This document shows positions 57,166 to 64,000 of a DNA stretch of 64,000 bases, piece by piece. Position numbers and translations under genes: made by a program. The notes below the pieces were generated by a model, which was given only the letters and a program-made list of their open reading frames with translations, searched no databases and was not told the origin of the DNA. Source of the stretch: Kudoa neothunni (lineage: Eukaryota > Animalia > Cnidaria). Numbering within the stretch: the stretch's first letter is position 1; each line of letters begins with the position of its first letter. The stretch covers positions 6,202,776 through 6,266,775 of the forward strand of contig OZ199840.1 of assembly GCA_964304625.1 (NCBI GenBank). The letters run 5' to 3'.

Positions 57166-58449
57166 TAGGGTTTTTTTAGCTTTGGTGACAAGATATTTAT
57201 GATGTCTATATAATTGGGTAAAAAATACGAAAATATTACTTCAAACTTCGAATGAACAACAAATAATATTTTTTGGAATTTGAAAAAGATATTCAAGCAC
57301 TATCGTATAATTTATACTTGTTCTATAATAATTTCTCGGTTTAAACATCTGCTGATATATCGAAGCATTTTTCGATAATAACTTTGAAACCATCATCTAT
57401 TAAGTTTAAAAGATCGCTTTCGTTTCTCGCTTGTCCTCTCGCAACATGGTTCTTCCATTTACTGAAAACATTTTCAATTGGATTCATGAAGAGTGAATAC
57501 GGAGGTTGGTACATCAACGTTAGTTGTAACGTTGCTAAAATTTCGCTAAGTCCCCGAAAATGATGTATCCTGGCATTATCGAGTATGAAGCACGGATCTT
57601 AAATTTCCAAAGAGCGGCACAAATCAGCTAGCTCAATGAAGAACTCTTTAAAATCTTCGCCATTTACTGGTCTCCGATTTATTTTATATAGCGCCATGCC
57701 ATACTTATTAATCGCTGCTATGACGGATATATTTCTTGACTCGACGGCTTTTACGTTTGCATATGTTGATGTACGAGCAAGCGAACGACCCTGTCTTGTA
57801 CGTGACGATACATTAAAACCAACCTCGTCAATTAAAACAAAGTTGTTGCCTTCTGCCTCACGCAGTTTGGAATTGAACTCTTGGGCGCACACAAAACGTT
57901 TTTCCACTGTATCGTCAGAGTTTCTTCGTTCAGGAACAATAGTGAGCATTTTTAAAGAATAATGGAATTCTTTAAGGCACCTATCTATTCTATTGTGCTA
58001 ACGCTAACACTCACGCCACATTCATCTAATAATTTTTGACGAAGAGTCTTAAGGGTAATGATGACGTCCTCATCCACCAAACTTTTAATCCGCAACTTTT
58101 GACCTTCATTGAGTTTTGAAGAAAAGTCACCACCCATTTTAATGACTTTTCTTTCCCGTCGAGAAGATATAATTCCAACTTTTTAAGCGATGACGACATT
58201 GCTGTAACTCAATTCGCACTGATTAGCAATCATTTTCCTATCTCGGTCACTTATTGTTTGTCTCTTAAATTTGGTTTGAGTTGTCATTTGAGAATCGTCG
58301 CTATTACCTGTTTTCAAAGTTCATAAATATTAAACTAACGTGTAATGCTAAATTTTTACCACCTTATTATTCTTATTCGATTAATTTATAATATGAACTT
58401 AATTATAAGCTAAAATTACACACGTGTCACTAAAGCTCGGAAAACCCTA
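57166..58449 (-). mobile_element. Tc1/IS630-family (DD34E) transposon, near full length but with stop and frameshifts
   Basis: TA-flanked TIRs TAGGGTTTT...AGCTTT(G/A)GTGACA. VLIDEVGFN, NISVIAAI and DNARIHH..PPYSLFMNPIE (34 aa D-E spacing). Premature TAA at 57599. Confidence 0.93.
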
Positions 58450-59654
58450 TATTTTGCTAATTGTAAATAATTAAACATTAAAATAAACATTTATTTTAAT
58501 TTTTAGTATCTGAACTTATGAAAATGTAATTTTTTGTTGAAAGCTACATATAGAATGATGAAAGCGTCGCAAATCCATCCCATCCATGGGGTGTTGAGTT
58601 AATGTCGCGGAAATTGGTATCTTTTCGTTTAAGCCGCAGCTTCACTGGGTTTATATGAGACTATACTATATTGGCAACAAATTCTTTACTTTATCAAGAT
58701 GAAGAAATTAAAATACTTGCAATTTTTACAGCGAACTGGAACATCATTGAGTTAATTTTTCAGGAATAGCTTGTCGAAAAAAATTTCCTAATCACTAATG
58801 AGCAAAAAAAATCATAATTATCTTTAAACTTAAGAACCACATCTTGGTATAGGACACAATGAATACAGCTCAATAATAATAAATTTGTTAACTTTTTAAT
58901 ATAAGGTAATACAAGCCATTTTAAGGAAGAGATGTTCTATAATATACAAAAAATGTTATTTTCAGGTTTTCGTAAATAAAATGAATACACGTGGCAAGAT
59001 ATCACCAGAATAATAATAATATAATAAAATTATAAACTGAATAATTTGAGCTGAAATTTTTCAACTAATGTTCTTTTTTTACTAATACGATACTTGTAAA
59101 AAACCCGAAAAAAAGAGCGCAAGATTGTGTTTTTAAAGAATAAAATGCTTTGTTGTACCGTCTAATTTTAAGATTTAAATGCTGATATTAACTTTAAATA
59201 ATCTTAGAAATATTATTAATAGATAAATAAGCAATAAAATGTCGAATGCGCACAAAATGAATAAAGCTTGAAGTACACGTGAACGAAATTAAGTTAAACG
59301 TTCTGTTGACTTATTTCGATACGAAAAAAAGCTATGAATTTTGAATTATGATATAAAACAATAGAGATAAAAAATGCTCGGACTTTTTTGTCTGTAAACG
59401 AAAATAACATAACATTATTTCGCAAATGCTCGAGCTTTTCCCGGTGTGGAAAAATGAATAAATTGATGTGTATCGTCATTTTATGAATTAATTGAAATAC
59501 TCTCTGGTTGTACATCAAAAATAAAAAATATAAGTTTAATTTCAAAAAATATGATAACAGTTAAATTGTTATTATAAAAGAGGACGAAAGCGATGCTAAC
59601 AGATTTTTAAAAATTAAATGAAAATTCTTAAAGTCTAATCATTGGGATTAATCA

Positions 59655-59695
59655 TTGTCAACCCGTGCTACGGGTTCCAGGGTTAAGATATCTAG
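59655..59695 (+). mobile_element. Isolated Helitron 3' terminus (different family)
   Basis: Hairpin ACCCGTGCTACGGGT followed by CTAG|t; 5' end not located. Confidence 0.5.
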
Positions 59696-60294
59696 TAAAA
59701 ATTAAAAATAATTTTTGAAAATATTCTTTAAATAAATTATCGGTTCATCAATGTAAAAATTGTGAAAACTTTATGAATTTGGATATATTTATTTTAGTTT
59801 TAACAGTTTCCTTTTTTAAATATAATTATAAAATATCTTATAAGGAAATGTTAATTTACAAAAAAAATAAATGATTGTTTTTAATTCAATATGCCTTTTG
59901 ACATGAATCATTGATTTCATAATTAAAAATTCCTACCGATTGAATTATTTTAATTTTATAAGATACATAACCAAAATAAGTTAAATTAGAAATGAGACTG
60001 ATTGTCAATAATTTTAAAAGTTAACAAAATAACTATATTTCTAGTGACAAATTTTAAAATATATAAACTATACTGGAGCCATGGGGTGAAATAATTATTG
60101 CTTAACTCTTAAAGCTAGTTCTAAATCACACGTAGACTAAATTTCTCCTCGTCTTTTTAACAGAATATTTGGAACATATACGCTCTATTGTGTTTATAAG
60201 GAGATGCGAAGCAGATTTGTGTTGTGAAGCACTTTGTTAAAACGTCCTAATATCTCTAGATTTAAATTATCAAATTTTAATGAGGATATATAAA

Positions 60295-61495
60295 TCTATT
60301 ATATATACAAAGTTGAAGTGTCCGTGTGTGTATGTCAGCAAGTACGCATGAGCGTTAAAATTTTTAAAAATTACAATGTTTCAAAAAATCTTTAAATCGT
60401 TCTCACATCAAAAAATTTTCCCCAAAGTGTTTAGAAAATGGTGATTATGTCGATTCAAAGTTTGTTTGACGGGTTACTTGAGTTCGACTACAAGATAAAC
60501 TCATGTTTATGGTCGGTTGAAGTTAATCTTCCCTTTTATATGCTCTATCAAATGTTCATTAACTGATGCTATCTGACTTTTTATATAAAGTTGGCCTGCT
60601 CTTTTGAGTGTGTTGTTCTAATATACTCTCGACGTCGGGAGTTTAATATATTTGACTCGATAAGCACACTTAGAAGGTTCTATTAATTGTTTTAGATATA
60701 AAGAAAAGTCTATATTTGCATCACTAATAGTGAATTGGTAGAGCATGCTATAATAAAACTGTTCGAAGCATTATAATGCAAGCGCTGGATCCGTGGATTT
60801 CATTGAAATCGTCCGCTATGTTGAACTTTCAGCGATTAAACTCAATGCAGATGGTTGTACTCTTACTTCATCTTATGATGAGCGCACTAACAGATAATTG
60901 GTACAAAAAACAAGGTGTCACAACGACCGATGATAATAATATAGTGGTTATTACAATCTAATTATATAAATTATTTATGTTAATATTGAAGCAATCTTTG
61001 ACTGTTTGTTTTGGAAAAGTGCACTAATGTTTATGTCGGTCCAAGCGATGCTAATTTTAGCAATATCAATTAATTTTCGTACGTTTTCTTCCATCTCTAT
61101 CACTCTTTCTATTTTTTTATCTCTTAAAAAGTTAGTGGTGCACAGTTCCTTAACCTGGCCAGAATTCCACTTTTAAAAATCCCCCGGGCCAAAAAATAAC
61201 GTTTTAGATAACACTTTAACAGGATTTAAATAGTTCGGGAATGAAAAAAATACGACGCTGACCTTAAATTATTTAGCGTTGGTGCCAAGCTACGAAATTT
61301 TTCAATGAACGCCGGGATTGAAACACTCCTTCAAAGAAATTATCATAATCTAAATCATTAAAGTATGTTGCTTAAAATTTTGTAGTTATTTTTCTTTTAT
61401 GGGTTAATTTGAAACTTTAATATATTTTTTGAATGCTATTAAAAAACCTCTCTAGATAAAATCTTGCCCAAGCAACGCTGGGCAGTTCGTGCTAG
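60295..61495 (+). mobile_element. Non-autonomous Helitron, family A copy 3
   Basis: a|TCTATTATATATAC..GTCCGTGTGTG ... GCCCAAGCAACGCTGGGC agttcgtg CTAG|t. Confidence 0.92.
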
Positions 61496-62062
61496 TCTAT
61501 TACAGTCTTTAATCTTCCTCTGGTCCTATAAATACGTCTTCAGATATTAAATTTAAATTTATCGTCGTATTATTGCAATGTTTTGGCACGGACACTCACT
61601 CATACTTAATGACTAGTAAAGATCAATATATTCACAATTAATTAGTTCATAGTTCAAGTTATATTTTGAAATGACGTTTAAATTGTCTAACAATGCGCGC
61701 CAATGTTTACTGAGTAATTTGTAATCATATAACGTTAAACAATCAAATGTGTTGTTGTTCGATATCGTAAATGTTTAAACCCTGCATAACAGCGGTTCCC
61801 GCACCCCTACTCCAAGAGGTGTGAATTATGGGCTTGGGAGATGCAAGGTACGACCACAATAGGAAATAACTTTTGAGAGATTTTGAGACAGTTACACCTT
61901 ATCTTATTCAAGGGTGATATGAATTTCGTTTTGTCATCAAATGGGGGTGCGATCCCAATTTTAGTTGGGAAGCGCCGCTACATGATATAATCTGAATAGG
62001 ACATGTCATTAAAAACCCAAGATTTAGTAACAAATGAAAAAACCCAAGCACTGGCAGCCCTG
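61496..62062 (-). mobile_element. Inverted copy of the 46145-46660 hAT derivative
   Basis: Colinear reverse-complement homology; terminus CTGGCAGCCCTG at 62062. Confidence 0.75.
61790..61977. mobile_element. Small hAT MITE nested in the preceding element
   Basis: CAGCGGTTCCC ... GGGAAGCGCCG; TSD ctgcataa/ctacatga. The empty site (ctgcacga) is present in the paralog at 46262-46269. Confidence 0.75.
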
Positions 62063-64000
62063 GTTGGAACAGACACTATCGTAAGATAACATATTTTCCA
62101 CGGAGAATAAAATAAACTGCTATATTGTATTGAGCTCTTTTTGACGATAATTAAAAATAAGGTGGTATCACTTTATTTTTTTTCTGCATTGTCCCTCAGG
62201 AAGACTAATTTTTTCAAACAATTTTAAGCAGGAGGCATCAAAAAGAAGAAATTGTGCGCAATAACATTTTTCTCATAATGAAAAGTGAAAGAGAGACTTG
62301 TTAAAGATATTTTTTTATTAATTTTATATTGTGCCAATGTCAATGTTTCAAAAATAATCTAACAAAAATATATTCTTATGTTGGAAACATAATTGGCAAT
62401 GGAATCCATTAACAAAAGGTTTGTTATCCTTATTTTTTCGGCTTCATCGGCATTTATTGGTGAAAAGATCACCCCTCATAAAATTTTCGCAGTTTTCGTG
62501 CATGCGCTTTAATATATTTTATCGAACATTTCCTTATTTTCTACAAAAACTACTCATAGGAATGTCACTATATTAAAGTTAGAAAATATTTATATTTTTT
62601 AAATATTTTTATCCCAAAAAAACGCGGGGTCAATTTTAAATTAAGAACCATTATAAGATGAACTAGAAGTTAAAGTTTATATAAAAATATTCCACTAAAA
62701 TTTTATATTTAATATAAGAAAAAAAATGTTATCATAAAAAAGTGGATCTATTTATTCTTAAATTACTTTATAAAAAGATATGTCATTAATAAAATCGTTG
62801 TGGGGTAAATTTTATCACCAAACCATTATTTTTTAGTCAATATTTGAGTATCCAGTATTGCTAACTGATACTATCGAATCAGATGTATGGGATGATTTAT
62901 CTGTTAAAAGATTTTATTTTGTCCTAAAATGAATACTATGAATAGAATCCGTGATTTTTTATACTTCAAAAATAATAAAAGTTTTTCTAGGAAAAAAATA
63001 TCAAATTTTCACAATATATGTTAATATGAATTAATTATATATGTACATTTATTAATTCACACATCGTTAATTCGTCCACTCATTTATAAATTATAATTTA
63101 TACATATTTAAAAAATTAATAGAATGATCATTATGCGTAAAAATGTATTTCATACCTGTGTACAATATGAACTTATGATTTAAAAAAAATAACCAAAAAA
63201 GTTATTATCATAATGAGAGATTCGATGAAAATTTCGTAATGACTCTAAGATTTTTATGAGGACGTAAATGTTGGGAAATATTGATCTAGTACGATAATCC
63301 TTAAAAGGTACTGAGTCGACTGTAAAAAGATTGTGTGTTTATGGTGCACCCAACAACAAATTTTTTTCTGCCTGAAAGATAAAATTAAAATATAAATGCT
63401 AATATAGTGAATTCTGGCGTAAAATTGATACAGAAGGATTTTTATATTGTCTTAGCCTTAAATTTAACCCTTTAAACTTTATACTATCAGAAGGTTATGC
63501 TAAATAAACAGATATCGAATTTTAAGGCACTCAATTTGATCTTAAAATAAGGTGATAAATGAAAATAAAGTAAACGCCAACCAATAGCTAGATAAACGTA
63601 AACCAATGGGCGCTTACAATAAAAATTGCGTTATTTATCAAATCAGTGCCGAAAAATATATCACTCATTTTCCCTGTATGGACAATGATCAATATTTTTT
63701 CGTAGATAATCGCGATAATTGTATCTGTATCCAGCTCTCAGCACTGATTCAAAACAAAAGATTTTGTTATACGTAGGATGAAAGTACCGCTTGTTTACTT
63801 TAAAATTATTCCCTAGTCATGATACATATCTGGTAGGTTATAATACAAAACATCAAGCATTATAACTTATTTGTTGTATATTTGCAGTTTATAGATTACA
63901 AAAATTTCCCCAACATTAAATAGTGCTCTCATCGAGAAATATTACAAATTGTTAGCAGGTAAAGAAAATAGTGAATTAAATTCGGCTCTCCATAGAGACT

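Overview
AT-rich eukaryotic (metazoan) genomic DNA. Eight compact, highly divergent housekeeping genes can be rebuilt from many short (mostly about 35-70 nt) GT-AG introns: VPS33A(-), PRPF3(+), Beclin-1/ATG6(+), a DLG-type MAGUK(+), WDR4/TRM82(+), kinesin light chain(-), LEO1(-) and an SLC29 nucleoside transporter(-). Intergenic DNA and two giant introns are filled with decayed DNA transposons: Helitron, hAT (Buster-type and Ac-type), piggyBac, Tc1/IS630, pogo/Tigger, Merlin and MULE. Many have readable TIRs and TSDs. Two deep nests are visible: hAT>Merlin>Tigger at 37.3-41.7 kb, and hAT>two piggyBacs at 11.6-16.3 kb. No retroelement was recognised. Tiny introns, fast-evolving proteins and low GC suggest a reduced animal parasite such as a myxozoan (inference only). 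Most notable observations: a repeated non-autonomous Helitron carrying protein-like cargo, very degenerate splice donors, a DLG whose GK domain lacks the GMP/phosphopeptide-binding subdomain, and a Beclin-1 with a degenerate BH3 motif. All gene models and alignments were made by eye.
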